Both the position numbers and the translations under genes were made by a program. From Paragordius varius (lineage: Eukaryota; Animalia; Nematomorpha), in NCBI GenBank assembly GCA_964247055.1, contig OZ176057.1, positions 5,890,001-5,954,000 on the forward strand: a stretch of 64,000 bases of DNA, given 5' to 3'. Shown piece after piece: positions 1 to 13,890 of the stretch. Position 1 is the first letter of the stretch. Each line of letters begins with the position of its first letter. The notes beneath the pieces are model-generated. The model saw only the letters and a program-made list of their open reading frames with translations. It was not told where the DNA came from and ran no database searches.

Positions 1-2348
1 AAATAATAAGTAAGTTTTATGATTTAAATAAATCCCTAGAATTTGAAAAATAATATATGGGGTTGGTTGTCTTTTTTATAAAAAATATATTTGTCTTTAT
101 AATTTTACGTCGTTTTGTCTGTAGTTAGTATAATTTTAATTTTTACTGTAAATATTTTAAGATAAAAACTAGGCATAAAAATTTGATTTACAAAAAAAAG
201 TTTTTAGAAATAATTATTTTTTTCAGCTATATTTTTAGGGTAAAAAATTTATAAAATTAAATTGGATATATTTTATGTGGAGATTACTGGAAAAATCTTA
301 TAAAATTGTCCTTTAAAAGCTTTTAAATTTATTTAAAACGCATTTTTTGCAAAAATTATTTATAATTATGATTAAAATTTAATGAAAATATGTTTTTTTG
401 CTTAAATTTACTTAATTATATATATATATATATATATATTTAATGTCACCTAAAAACAATAAAATATTTCAAAACTATAAATAAAAAAATATGGTATATG
501 GAATATGTCCTCAATATAAAAGTTTTATATATATATAAAAATTTTCCTTAAAGATATCAATTTACCTGTTTTTGACATAATTTTTTTTATAAAAAATATT
601 ATTATTAATTTATTGTTAAATTTTCAAAAATATTTAAAAATAAATATTTATTTATACCGTGATGGAAAAATATTTTTTTCATGTTAAATTATGCGTAAAA
701 TTCAAAAGCAAACAAAAAAATATTTAAAATATATAATTTACATAATTTTGTAATAATAAATACTTTTAAAATAATTTTTTATGCAATTAATGTGTTTAAT
801 ATTCCAAAAAAATATATTTTTTATACACCTAATTAAATTTAATCAATATTGATTTATCTTTTAAGTAAAATTTTAGATAAAAAACTAAAAACTGTATAGC
901 TTTAAGAAAAATATATAAAAATCTCTGATAAAAAATAAAATTATAGAGGGACAAAACGTATGAAAATATAAAGACAAATTTTCTTTTCAAAAGACAACCC
1001 CATAATTTTTTAAACCTTAATATTTCCTATAATAATCAGTTAATTACAATTAAAAAGTATATATATAATTATGTTTTTAATTTACATCTCTATTTTATAC
1101 TTTGAAGTTTAAAACAATAAGTTATATTAAGAAAAAATCAAAATTTACCTAGTATGGGGTTTGTTTTTTTCAAAAAAAAATTTTGTCTTTATATTTTTAA
1201 GTTTTGTCCATAGTATAATTTCAATATTTTATTGTAATTAATTAGATTTCAAACATAAAACTTGTTAAAGCAAAACACAATGCAACAATTTTTTGTAGTT
1301 CATTGTGAATTAGATTGACTTATGTCTTAGAAAATAAAAAATAAGTTTTAATTTAATTTTAAGATTTTCTCTTGAGGATATTTTTGGAAACTATGGATTT
1401 CAAAATTTTTCGCGGGATGTATTAAATAAACGGCAGACTCTTCTAAAATGTAAAGTCAAAATTGAAATTATAACGGAACGTTGAAATATAAAGACAAAAT
1501 TTTTTTTCAAAAGACAACCCCATACTTTTTTAAGCTTCATTTTTGTAAATATATCATTGTTTCGAATTACATATTATAGATTTGATATTTATATTGGTGA
1601 CACAATTAATTGAATATTTTAAAAAATTATATAATTAAATAGTTTATAGAGCCAAAATTAAGATTTTTACAAAAGTATGGTTGGTTGTCTTTTTAGGAAT
1701 AAATATTTGTCTTTTTATTTTTTCGTTTTGTCCGAATAATTTTAGTTTTTACTGTAAAATGGTTACATAATCAAATTATATATTTTTAATTAGATGTTTA
1801 TAAAGCCAATATTAAGATTTTATAAAGTATGGGGGTTGTCTTTTGAAAAAAATATTTGTCTTTATATTTTTACGTTTTGTCCATAGTATAATTTTAATTT
1901 TTTTTCAATTTTTACTGTAAAATTAACACAATAAATCAAATTATATATTTTTAATATATAATTATATGAGAAAAATTAAGATTTTTTTTACAAAAGTAAG
2001 GATGGTTGCCTTTTGGAAAAAAACTTATTTTTTAATTTTTACGTTTTGACCGTATAATTTTAATTTTAACTCTATTTTTCAAACATAAAACTGTGGAAAA
2101 CAAACACAATTTTGTAATTCATTGTAAATTGGGTAGACCTTTTATATAAATAATTTAATTGAGATTTCTTGAGGATATTTTTGGAAACTATGGATTTCAA
2201 AACTTTTTGCAGGTCAGTCGTTTATAATGATGTCCACCCTAGGGTTTAAGTATTATGACAGTCTTTCTAAAAGCAAAAATATTTTTCAATTTTTACTGTA
2301 AAACTTAAACAAAAATTTTTTCATTTTTATATATATATTTGCTTTTAG

Positions 2349-2551
2349 ATGATTCTCAATACCTCTCAGCCCAATACTACATAAAGGTGATGGAAAAAAC
2401 GTTAGAAAAAGGAAATCAATATTTCACAACGGAATATCAACGGATTAAAGACTTGTCGAAAGATACTAAGGATATTGACAGCGAAAAAATTGAGCATTTT
2501 AAACGCCGCCTCAATATCATCAAAAGTTTTTTGGTTCGAGATGAACTTTAA
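2349..2551 (+). CDS. ERP29: Terminal exon of ERp29/windbeutel-like ER protein (ERp29 C-terminal helical domain, RDEL retention signal)
   Basis: Acceptor ttttag at 2343-2348. Translation YYIKVMEKTLEKGNQYFTTEYQRIKDL...KRRLNIIKSFLVRDEL* resembles the ERp29c domain and ends in a KDEL-like signal plus TAA. Upstream exons were not identified in the window. Confidence 0.75.
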
Positions 2552-2584
2552 TAAACTTTTAATTTGCAGAAATCTAAAAAAATT

Positions 2585-3170
2585 CTAGAAAAATTTTAGA
2601 AAAATTCTAATTATTTCATGAATTTCTATGTGCATTTCCTTTCTTTATGATTACAGGCGTAAATTAAACACTTTTTTTGCATATCATTTGATAACATCAT
2701 TGGATATTATATGCATCTATCTAACTAATTTTTCAAAAAAAGTCTCTAGAAAATTCCAATTATTTCATAAATTTCTATGTGTGCATTTCCTTTCTTTATG
2801 ATTATAGATGCATATTTAAATAACATTTGATATTATCGAAAAATTGATTAAACGCCGCCTTAATATCATTAAAAGTTTTTTGGTTCGAGATGAACTTTAA
2901 TTAACATTTAACTTTAATATCTAGAAAAATTCCAATTATTACATGAATTTCTATATGTACATTTCTTTTCTTTATGATTACAGGCATAAATTAAACACCT
3001 TTTGATAACAACATTTGATATTATATGCATCTATCAAACTAAATCTGCAATGTTTCTAGAAAAATTCCAATTATTACATGAATTTCTATGTGCATTTCCT
3101 TTCTTTATGATTACAGAAGCGTAGACTAAACACTTTTTTGCATAACATTTGATATTTTATGGATCCATTG
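2585..3170 (+). repeat. Four degenerate tandem copies of a ~90-145 bp unit downstream of the ERp29 stop, one followed by a duplicate of the last coding codons
   Basis: Motif ctagaaaaattccaattatt(t/a)catgaatttctatgtgcatttcctttctttatgattacag recurs near 2590, 2745, 2920 and 3057. 2836-2900 repeats ...aaacgccgccttaatatcattaaaagttttttggttcgagatgaactttaa. Confidence 0.85.
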
Positions 3171-3258
3171 AAATTATACGCGAGAAAAGAGTAAAAATAA
3201 AAAGAAAATTTTTTTTTACAAAAGATAATTCTATACTCTTTTAACGTTAGTTTTTCCC

Positions 3259-3290
<32 letters not shown>

Positions 3291-4077
3291 TAATTACAAT
3301 TGTAAAATATAAAATTGATTGTTTTACTAATTTACATATTTATATTGTACTTTGTAGTTTAAAACCATGGAATTATAGTTTAAAAAAAACAAGATTGAAA
3401 AAACATGGGGTTGTTTTTTAAAAAAATAATTTTTTGTCTTTATATTGTTACGTTTTGTCCGTATAATTTCAATATTTACTCTATATATAGGTGCAAAAAC
3501 ATTCGCAATATATTTCAAATTTTTGATATTAGGATATTAGTATCATTACATTGAATAAATTTCAATAAATAACTATTTTAGAAACTTGTATGAGGATTAC
3601 TTTAGTCCAATAAAATACAGTAAAATTTAAAATCATCGGACAAAACGTGTAATTAAACGACAAGTAATATATATTCCTTCATAAAAAAAAACTTTTTAAA
3701 AACTTTAATACTTTTATAAAACTTAAATAAGGAGAATCGGAAAAATATAGTTGGGTTTGTTAGCTATTTAAATCTCTATAATCTTTATAATTTTGCAACC
3801 TATGGATTTTATGAAAAAAATCCAAGGTTTAAAAATATGTTGTCTATTGCAGAAAAAAACATATCTGTCTTATGATTTGATATTACATTTTGTCCGTATA
3901 ATTTTCGTTATTAATAAATATGTTTTTTTGCAATTAACTATGGATATGTTTAAAATTTGATTAGCATAAACTTTGAAAGTGATAGCTATTACATTAGTAA
4001 AGGAATGTTTAAGGCAATCGAATTCGATATGGATAATATTCAATTTCCAGAAAATCACCTTATAGGAACCTTTAAAT

Positions 4078-4332
4078 CAGTGCTTCACAACAGGGGGGCG
4101 TAGAAAAATCTAAGGGGGGAGCGCGAAAAATAAAATAAAAAACTAACTGAAGAAGTATTTCAGGTGTAAATTATCAAGATTTATAGAAAAATTATTTCAA
4201 AAAATGCAGATATATATACAAGGATTTAACTGATTGGGTTTTTAACATTTTTACCTTGAATTCTTTTTGAGAGGCGGGCGAAAAAAAAATTATTTTTAAT
4301 TTTGTGGGGCGAAAAAGGTTGGGAACCAACAG
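4078..4332. mobile_element. hAT (Buster/Charlie-type) MITE
   Basis: Left end CAGTGCTTCACAAC, degenerate right end gttgggaaccaacag. Exact 8-bp TSD ctttaaat at 4070-4077 and 4333-4340, with central TA. Confidence 0.75.
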
Positions 4333-5689
4333 CTTTAAATCGACTAAAACCTGCCCAAGGGCAAATATAAAAAAGCGCATAACTAAAATTTTGTCTTTTA
4401 TATACTAGAGCCCAAAGTTTTTGAATGGCCCAAAGCATGCTTATTTACAGTAAAAATTGAAATTATATACGGACACGCGAAGTTATAAAGACAAATATTT
4501 TTTCTAAATAACCCCGTACTTTTTATATCTTTATTTTTTAAAATATATTTGATTGTTTAAAACTGTAAAGTGAGGTAAATTGGTAACACAATGAACTACG
4601 TATTTACGAATGTATTTAAATGATTGTTATAGGATTTTTAAAGGTTTAAAAAATTTATGGTTGTCTTTGGAAAAAAAATTTTGTCTTTATATTTTTACGT
4701 TTTGTCCATCCGTATAATTTCAATTTACACTGTTGTTTTATATGGTGGCACTTAAAAAGAATGAAATTATCAAGTCGCTTAGTTAAAGTCTTTAATCGTG
4801 GTTATAACCGAATCTAGTACAGTAAAAATTGAAATTATACGGACAAAATTAAATATATAAAGACAAGTATTTGTATCCAAAGACAACCATACTTTTTTAA
4901 ACCTTAATTTTTCTCATATAAGGTATTTAGTTACAACTGTAAAATATAGAAATGATTGTATTAATAATATATGTCTCTATTTCTCACTTTGCCATTTAAC
5001 ACAATGAATGAATTATATTAAAATAAATCCAGATTCAAAAAATATATGGTTGGTTGGTTGTCTTTTATAAAAATAATATGGTTGTCTTTATATTTTTACA
5101 TTTTGTCCGTATAATAATATCAGTGTTTTTACTGTAAATAATTTGTAACACGTTATTTTATATGGTTGGGACTTTTGCATACATTGGAACCCTACCCTGG
5201 GGCTTATTAAGACGGGCCAACATAAAAATTTTGGTTTTATGTGGGAATGAACTTCCAAAATAGAATATAAAAAGTACTCATAACACTTTTGCGGTGAAAA
5301 TTGATTTAGAGTTACTCCTACGCATTAAGTCTAATGATAAAAACCCAAGCTTAAAGTTTTGCTTTTAAACGGGAAATAACGCAAAAATTACAGTATGAAT
5401 TTAAATTATATATACGGATAAAACGTAGAATAGTAAGACAAAAGTTTTTTTTCAAAATAGAGCCACCATACTTTTAAACCATTATTTACCGCATCGAAAG
5501 TATTTGACTACGATTGTATGTTAAATTGTGATAATTCTTATATATCTCTATTTTATAATTTTTAATTTTAAATAATGATTAAATCAAGATTTAAAAGTAT
5601 GGTTGTCTTTTAGAGAAATATATTTGTCTTGCGTTTTGTTCGTATAATTTCAATTTTTTATTTTATAAATATCATAATTTTAGGAAAAA

Positions 5690-6840
5690 TTTGCTTCATC
5701 TCCAGAATTTATTTTAAAGGATGAAACCGCCATCTTATTTATTATAACAATCACTTAACATATTTTTTTGCTTTCATATTGGAAATAGCTAAAACCCCCA
5801 TTATTGCCATATGGTTTCATGCATATTCCGTAATTTATTACAAAAGTCATTCACGTTATTTTTATATGATGGCCCTTTTTATAGAGTGTGTCCTGCCCCG
5901 CTAATATAAAAAAACGCTATTTTGTTTTTATTCTGGTAATAATAAAATTCACCACTAAATTATTATATTCTCATAATTATGGCGAAAAACTTGAAACTTT
6001 TTATGAACCAAGTTTTTTTGCAAAAAATATCATATTTGGTAATTCAAACTTGGCCAACTATAATTAGCAAGTTCCTAAAAAGACAAAAAATGTTTACTTT
6101 AAATTACAAGTTTTTTTGAAAAATTCTTTGGAAAGACATTTTAAGGGAATTGTCTTTTAAGATTTCCCCTATTTGAAGACTGAATTTTTCCTGTAGTGTT
6201 GGCACCCCCTGAAAATTAGGGTTGAACAAATATAAACTTTAAAACAATATTCTCAAAACTTATAGCATCATAAAAATCCAATAATTATGAATTTTATAGC
6301 CATCTTTAAAATTCTACAATTACCCTACCCTTAGATAATGAGGTGTTTGAACTACAATTGATATTCTACGGATAAACGTAAAAATATAAAGACTAATATT
6401 TTTATCTAAAACACAACGATACTTTTGAATTTTGTTTTTTTGAATATAAATCATTGTTTTAAACTACAAATCATAATATACATATGTAATCCAGTAACAC
6501 AATCAATTACATATTTTACGATTGTAATTAAATGATTTTAATAGGATAAATCAAGTTTTGAAAAAGTATGGTTGTATTTTAAAATTGTCTTTATATTTTT
6601 ACGTTTTGTCCGTACAATTTTAATTTTTCTTTGTAAAATTGGCTTGAAAGCAATTTACGGGATATCGCGAAGGCTTATTCAGATTTACTTATACATAGTT
6701 TACGATTGCGTCTAGACTGAGAAATCCTTTTATTTATTAACCATTAATTCGATCCTACCGGCTGAACAATTAGTTTTTTAAACAATTATACGAAAAATAT
6801 GAAAGGCCATTCAAATTCAAAAGTGATAATTTAGAGTAAA
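5690..6840 (+). repeat. Segment with an inverted homologue at ~59621-60760
   Basis: For example, aaagcaatttacgggatatcgcgaaggcttattcagattt (~6650) is the reverse complement of aaatctgaataagccttcgcgatatcccgtaaattcc (~59770). A family-1 MITE sits at the same internal position in both. Confidence 0.8.
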
Positions 6841-7180
6841 ATTGAATGGACAAAATGTAAAAATATAAAGACAATTTTTTTTTCAAAAGACAACCATACT
6901 TTTTTAAACCTTGATTTATCCTATAAAAAATATTTAATTACAATCGTAAAATATATAATTGATTGTTTTACCAATTGACATTTGTATATTACCTTTTGCA
7001 GTTTAAAACAATGAGTTACATTGAAATAAATCAAGGTTTGAATAGTATGGTTGTCTGTTAGATAAAAATATTTGTCTTTATATTTTCACATTTCGTCCGT
7101 ATAATTTCAATTTTTACATCTAATTTAAAATTAGTTTGAAACATGCCTCCCTCATATATATAAAAGTTTTTTATCCAAGA

Positions 7181-7275
7181 TATGGTCTATGATTTTAATA
7201 AATCCTTTTGCCATATCAGCTGACTTTATCAGCACAGATAATTTAACATATGCAATCCAATAGAATTTTGTTCAA
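7181..7275 (+). pseudogene. Relic exon of a third FReP paralogue (homologous to exon 6 of copy A)
   Basis: aatccttttgccatatcagctgac...aatttaaca...tttgttcaa|gt aligns with copy A 20305-20393 (INPFAVSAD...VQ). In-frame TAG at 7261-7263 and an indel upstream. Confidence 0.6.
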
Positions 7276-7589
7276 GTATAATTTATTTTATGTTAATATT
7301 TTAATTTGTAGGAAAATTTTTCAAATATTTAACACTTAAAAATGCACGAGACTAATAAGTGTATAAATTAATAATTTATCAATTAATAATGAATTGCTTA
7401 AAACTAATAAGATTAAACTTTAAGTAATGAAATCCAAATAATAATTTAAATATTTAAATACAATTTCAATATTGACTATTCATTAGCTTTTGGGTTATAT
7501 ACCAGAGTGATTTGAAATTTAGTATACCTTAAAAAGTATTTAAGGTATTAAGCCAAATATTACAAAAGGCTTTTTTTAGTCTTTGGGGC

Positions 7590-7905
7590 GCATTATATAA
7601 AAATGATTTTTTTAGTAAATGTAAAATTGTAAAAAAATCCTCATCTCAAACTTTTTTGCGGCCATTTTTTTTCTAAATTTTTTTAATCGCTAATGCAACA
7701 GGCAAAAACATGTATAATGTTAAAAAATGTAAATTCCTATCTTTAATAAACTTTTAGACTACATTTTACCATCAAAAACTTTGAATTTAATATCAGCTGT
7801 TAGTTTAAATGGTGTTTTGGAACCCATAATTTAAATTCTAGAATCCACAAAACTGTAAGAAATTTAATTTTATTATCTAATACATTTAAAACAATGTTTG
7901 ATAAT
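7590..7905 (+). repeat. Dispersed repeat with a direct copy at ~35270-35585
   Basis: Shared blocks tcaaacttttttgc, gctaatgcaa(c/a)aggcaaa, ctacattttacca, ttaatatcagctgtt, ctagaat, aaaacaatgt(t/g)tgataat in the same order. Confidence 0.6.
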
Positions 7906-8699
7906 TACAGTAAAAACTGAAGTTACGCAAAACATAAAAATATAAAGATAAATATTTTTTAGAGAGACAACCATTTTTGAATCTTGTTTTTGTTAAATAT
8001 AACTCATGGTTTTAAACTGCAAAGTTAAAATTTCAAAATGGTAAAATAATCAATTATATATTTTATAATTGTAGTTATATAATTTATATGAGAAAAATTA
8101 GGGTTTAAAAAAGTATGGTTGACTTTTAAAAATTTTTTTTTATATTTGTACGTTTTGTCCGTATAATTTCTATGTTTACTGTAATATTATCTAAAATAAG
8201 TTTCAAAACTGTAATTTATTTTTTAAATTAGGCCTCTGAGATAAAAAAGTGAAAATCTAATAAAACGTTAACATTATTTGGATATAGAGGGAATTCATAA
8301 AATAACACAAAAATTTAGTTTATATTAATTAACTAAAATTTAGAGTAAAATTTATACGGACAAATTGTAAAAATAAGACAGATATAATTTTTTTAAAAAA
8401 AACCCCATACTTTATGAACCTAAATTTTTCTCCTATAAATTATATAATTACAATAATATATAACTGATTGTTTTACCAAATACATATCATTTTCATATAT
8501 TGCAATTTAAAACAATGATTTACATTAAAAAAATCAAATTTGAAAAGTATGGTTGTCTTTTAGAAAAAACTATTTGTCCCTATATTTTTTTTTGTCCGTG
8601 TAATTTTATTTTTAACTCTATTTTATAAAATCTCTTTAACGATTTACTTCGAAGACATGTAATTTCTTTAGGGGCTGAAGCCCGCTAAGCGGTATATTA

Positions 8700-9258
8700 A
8701 CTCTTCGATTCAAATTGGGGATCTAAATACCCCAAACTTATTTTAAATTAATATTTTTAAAAAACTAATGAAGGAGACCGTCTTAATTTAAATTTATGCT
8801 TCTATCCTGATAAAAATTATATAAAATATGTAGGTAAAATTTTGTTTTGAAAAAAAAGTTTCATCTCAAACTACTTCGGCGCCATTTTTATTTTACAAAA
8901 TTTTTGCAAAATATCGTCTTCATTTAATTTTAAGAGTTTAATTAAAGCTAATTTTTAATTTATATTTTTACATTTAACAATTATAGATATATAAAAAGCG
9001 GTTTATTTTGTAATTTTCAATTTTACCATTTCACTCATGTCACATTGACAAAACTTTCACCTTTCGGTTTTAGCTTAAAATAAGTAATATCAAGTATTTT
9101 TGAATAAATTTTTTATATATTTCGGTTTATCCATGTTATATAAATGCAAAATTTTGCCATGGTTTCGATTCCTTCCATACATTTTAAAGTATTTAATTTA
9201 AAACAGGCCTGGGGTATCCAACTACCTCAATTTGAATCGAAAAACTAAAATGAGTGTG
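8700..9258. mobile_element. MITE family 3 copy (~560 bp)
   Basis: Subterminal inverted repeats ttcgattcaaattgggg / cctcaatttgaatcgaa. Near-complete direct copy at 11911-12470 and partial copies at ~35890-36120 and ~36240-36450. Confidence 0.7.
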
Positions 9259-9916
9259 TTGTATCCAAGTGTTAAGATATTAACATAATTTTTTGCTTTT
9301 ATATTGGGAATAACGATTTAGATTTTTATATTTTTAAAAGTTTTTTAACTATTTATAATTTAATACGAAATAATAAAAAATATTCCTTTTTTAATTTTTT
9401 TTATGTTTTTTTATATAATCCATCTCCTTTAATATGAAATTATTCTTAAAAATTCTTTTGCAAAGAAAGTAATTTAATGGTAATCGGAAAGTTATTGCCA
9501 AAATGTTGAATCTGCAAATATCTTAAAGATAAAATATAGAAAAAACACACATAGTTTTATTTATAAATAAAAAATATATTTTAAAAAAAATGTAAAAAAA
9601 TTTACCCAATGAGAATTTTAAGTATATTAACAAATTATTATAAATATATTACAAGGAGGACATCTAGCCTGACGCCAAATAGATAATTAAATTTTTAATT
9701 TTAATTTTTTATATACGTATTATTTATTATGTAAATCTTAACATACATTACGTGATTGATATGGGTACGCAGTAAAATAAACTAAAACTATAATAAATAA
9801 AATAAAAAAAAGTTTTTATTTTTAAAATTATCTATATTTCGAAATCATCTTGCTTATTGTTACAAACCAGTTTTTCAGAAATAATTTTTTTATTAACAAG
9901 AAATATTTGAAAAGAT

Positions 9917-10923
9917 ATGTATATTTTAAATATAATTTCAATTTTATTTTTCTTAATTCGAATTCGGCCTACCATTGCAATTATTCGATATATTGAAAAT
10001 TCGACAAATATTTATGATTTTCGCAATTTAGATGGAAACATTTCTGAAACGACTTCAGAGCAATCAATTTTACCAAAAAATAGAATTAAATTATTTTCAG
10101 TACTTAATGAATCTTTTGTTGAATTAGAACCTCAAATTAAAACATCACTGATACTTATTGGAATATCTAATGAAACGCAAGTGAATAATACCTTTAAAAT
10201 TTACAAATATATGAGAAATTATAAAGGAAATTCTAACATAAATTCAGAAAACAAAACTACCCCAGAAAACCAGGGAGAAAATCAAACTTTATTTGCTCAA
10301 AAATCAACCCTCTTTCCTAAAACCGACAATACTTAGAATAAAAGTTATTCATTTCCGCAATAAATTTATCAGAATAAATCTTTGATTTAAAAAAATGGAA
10401 ATTTTTTGCAAATTCCAAGAACCGAAAATGCAAGATTCATTTTACAATCAAAATTGGAGCCAAATAACTATACTAAAGTTGAGATTAATAATTCAATAGG
10501 AAATCCAAAAAATGACAAAATTTCCTTAAAAACCGCAAATATATCATCTAAAAATTGTCAATTGCATAAAATTTGTTCTTACAAAGATGGCAAAATTGGG
10601 CAACAGAATTTTAGCGGCATAGGACATCACAACATAAAAAAATTTCAAATAAACACAAACAATGTAAATAAGCAAAATGAAAATATTGGCATTTTCTATC
10701 GTTCAAATATAATGCCTAAAACAGAACCACTGAAGAATAATACTGAATTTGTCAACAATGTTACCCGCAATAGATCTTTAAATGTTGTGGAAGTGAAAAC
10801 ACTTAAAGACGATCAATATATAAAATCACAATTGAATCAAATATATTCTAAAAAAAATTTTACATAGGAAAATGAATAGATTGAAATCTAGAATGGATAT
10901 TAGAAATATATATGATATATTGC
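9917..10923 (+). pseudogene. FReP A exon 1 (signal peptide plus N/K/S-rich region, disrupted)
   Basis: ORFs 9917-10336 and 10406-10867 are in the same frame, separated by three stops. Hydrophobic N-terminus MYILNIISILFFLIRIRPTIA. A phase-1 donor at 10924 requires one fewer A in the run at 10850. Confidence 0.55.
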
Positions 10924-11603
10924 GTTAAATGTAAACCATTTTCTATAAAAAATCAGAACTAAATGAATTGTACAAACATTAACATAAACATACAGTGAAA
11001 ACTCAAATTATACGGATGGACAAGACTTGAAAATATAGAGATAAATATTTTTGTTTAAAAGACAACCCCATACTTTTTAAAACCTTAATTTATCGTATAA
11101 TTATCATTAAATTACAATGGTAAAATACATGATTTATTGTGTTACCAATATACATCTCTATTTTATTTATGTATAAAAAATCAAGATTTGTAGAAAAAAA
11201 CATTTGTCTTTATATTTTTACGTTTAGTCCATATAATTCCACAATTTTTACTGTATATATATGATTTGATTAATAAATGATATTATTCTTTTAAGTACTA
11301 ATCTAGGCCACAATACATATAGTAAAAATTAAAATTTTACGGACAAAATTTGAAAATATAAATAAAAATATATTTTACAAAAGACAACCATACTTTTTTA
11401 ATCATGATTTTATAAATATAACTCGTTGTTTACAAAGTATTATATAGAAATATAAATTGGTAACACAATTAATTATGTATTTTGCCATTTTAATTAAATT
11501 TTTTTTATTAGGATAAATCATGGTTTAAAAAAGTATGGTTGTCTTTTGAAAAAAAGTTGTCTTTATATTATTACATTTTGTCCATCCGTATAATTTCCAT
11601 ATT

Positions 11604-11607
<4 letters not shown>

Positions 11608-11642
<35 letters not shown>
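11608..11642. repeat. (TA)n microsatellite (others near 3260, 15244, 29579, 30328, 63016; (TG)n near 58473)
   Basis: Read directly from the sequence. Confidence 0.9.
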
Positions 11643-11644
<2 letters not shown>

Positions 11645-11910
11645 TAACACATTTAGTTACCTATTTTATAATTGTTAATAAATATTTTATATATGGGAAA
11701 ATTTAGATTTAAAAGAGTATGATTGGTTGTTGTCTTTTAGAAAAAAAACATTTGTCTTTAAATTTTTAAGCTTGTCCGTTAATTACAGTGTTTACTGTAT
11801 ATGGCGTAATCTGAGTTTTATGGAGTAAATTAAAATTATACAGACAAAACGTAAATATGTATAAACACAGGTTTTTTTTACAAAACCCAACGGTAATTTT
11901 GATTTTTTTA

Positions 11911-12470
11911 ACACTTCGATTCTAATTCGGGTATCTAAATATTCCAGTGTAAATTTGAGTTAGGATTTTCAAAAAACTAATGAAGGAAACGGTCCCAATT
12001 CAAATTTATGCTTCTATCCTAAAAAAATATATAAATATGCCAAAATATCCCAAAAAAATTTGTTTTGTAAAAAAAGTTTCATGTCCAACTACTTTGACGC
12101 CATTTTTATTTCGTAATATTTTTGCAAAATATCGTCTTCATAATATTCAGCGTATATTTAAAGCCAATTTTTTATTTAAATAATAAGTAACATAGATAAA
12201 AATAGAAGCTGTTTAATTTTTATATATTTCAATTTTACCATTGCATGCATGTCACGTTGAGTAAATTTTTACCTTTCGGTTTTAGCTTAAAATAAGTAAT
12301 ATCAAATATTTTTGAATAAAATTTTTTATATATTTCAGTTTATTAATGTTATATAAGTGCAAGATTTTGCAATGGTTTCGATTCCTTAGATATTTTTAAA
12401 AAAATTCAATGTTATATAGGTCTGGGTATTTAACTACCCCAAATTGAATTGAAGGACTAAAATGAATGTG
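11911..12470. mobile_element. MITE family 3 copy (in FReP A intron 1)
   Basis: Colinear with 8700-9258 (aaaactaatgaagga, atttatgcttctatcct, ttttgcaaaatatcgtcttca, acctttcggttttagcttaaaataagtaatatcaa). Confidence 0.7.
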
Positions 12471-13755
12471 TATAAGTGATAATAAACAATGTATTAAATT
12501 GCAAAGCATGAAAGAGTTTTTATTATTAACACATCAATTATATATTTACAATTATATAATTAAATAGTTTATATTTATAAAAATTAGGGTTTTAGTTTAA
12601 CCACATCTTATTAAAAGCCTTTTTAAAAGAGATCCACTTTTTAAGGTAAAAGGCCCAATAAATTAAATAATAACTTTTGCATATCTTGGTTCCTTGATTT
12701 AATTCCTTAAAGCTGTTCTCAAAATTATGTATATCCAAATCAATATAACAATTTATTGTTTTAGATTGCTTTTCCAGTTTATAATTTTTACTCAAAGCCA
12801 AAACTATTCATGATAGTTAATAACTAATTATGGCAAAACGCGCGGTTTTAATTATAAAAAACTTTTTAATGAAAAAATTGCGTCCATTAGTAAAAGGTTA
12901 TTCCCAAGTTTAGATTTTAACACAAAGAGTAATGCTCGAACTGTGGAAAAATTCCATAAATGTATCAATTATGTGTTGATTATGCACTGAAATTTGATTT
13001 AAACGCCGTTTTCCCATATTGGTTTAAAGATATATTATTTCGATAAATTTTCATAAAAAATGAACATTTACATTTTGCATTTTAATGGTTGCTTATTGCA
13101 TATTTATTTTTTGACCATGGTCATTTGCTAGTAAATTTTCTTTTTTGGATGAGATAGTAGGATTTTATTTTTTAATATATCTTTTAAAAAATATATAATT
13201 AAATATTTGAATATATAATATAATTGATATTTAAAAAAGCTTTACATTTAAGAATATATTAATTGTGATATAAATCCTTCGAAACAAACAATCGAAAATA
13301 TCCAATTAATCCATATATGTGAACCAAAATTAAATGAGAGAACATCTTATAAATGTTCCGATATTAATTTAAGGTTAAACGACAGTGTAAAACAAACTAG
13401 GTAATATTTTATAAAATATAAAGTGTATCAAAAGCCATGTATTTGAGGATACAGAAAGCCTTAAACAGGTGGCAAAATTTATTTATATTATATTGAAAAT
13501 TAATATATATTTGTAACTAATAATTATCAAAATAATCTTACTCTAAAATATGACATTAGCGAAACGCAAGTGTCGTTAGGGCATTATTTACTTATCACCA
13601 ATATCTTACTAGTTAAGTAAGATATTTTATACAATTTTTTTATAGTTTCGATAAAAAAAATTAAAAAGTGGTCATGACCATGGTCATAACTATGATCTGA
13701 CTGGGTGTCTCGGACTTTTACGAAAAAGCAGTCATATGCACAACCCTATTCACAA

Positions 13756-13890
13756 CACTATAGTTGGGGGCAATTTGCAACACAACACAGATGTGTATGG
13801 AAAAAAACAACAAAATGCTGAATAAACAATTGTTTCCTTTCTTTTTTCTGTGTACACTACTGTAGCGTTTCAAATTGCCATACTATAGTG
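13756..13890. mobile_element. Small inverted-repeat element with CACTA...TAGTG termini (CACTA-like MITE)
   Basis: cactatagttgggggcaatttgcaac and gtttcaaattgccatactatagtg are imperfect reverse complements. No exact TSD. Confidence 0.45.

Noticed and set aside
3327-4438. Short ORFs in the track (3327-3518, 3870-4058, 4192-4380, 4226-4438) and similar ones at 15198, 18194, 19170 and 23931
   Set aside because: They are I/F/Y/K-rich translations of MITE or AT-rich sequence with no splice or domain support.
11980-12801. ORFs 11980-12183 and 12592-12801
   Set aside because: The first lies inside a family-3 MITE. The second has no recognisable motif or splice support.
12895-12917. ggttattcccaagtttag, loosely like the nematode SL1 leader
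   Set aside because: Needs several gaps to align, and no donor GT or Sm site follows.
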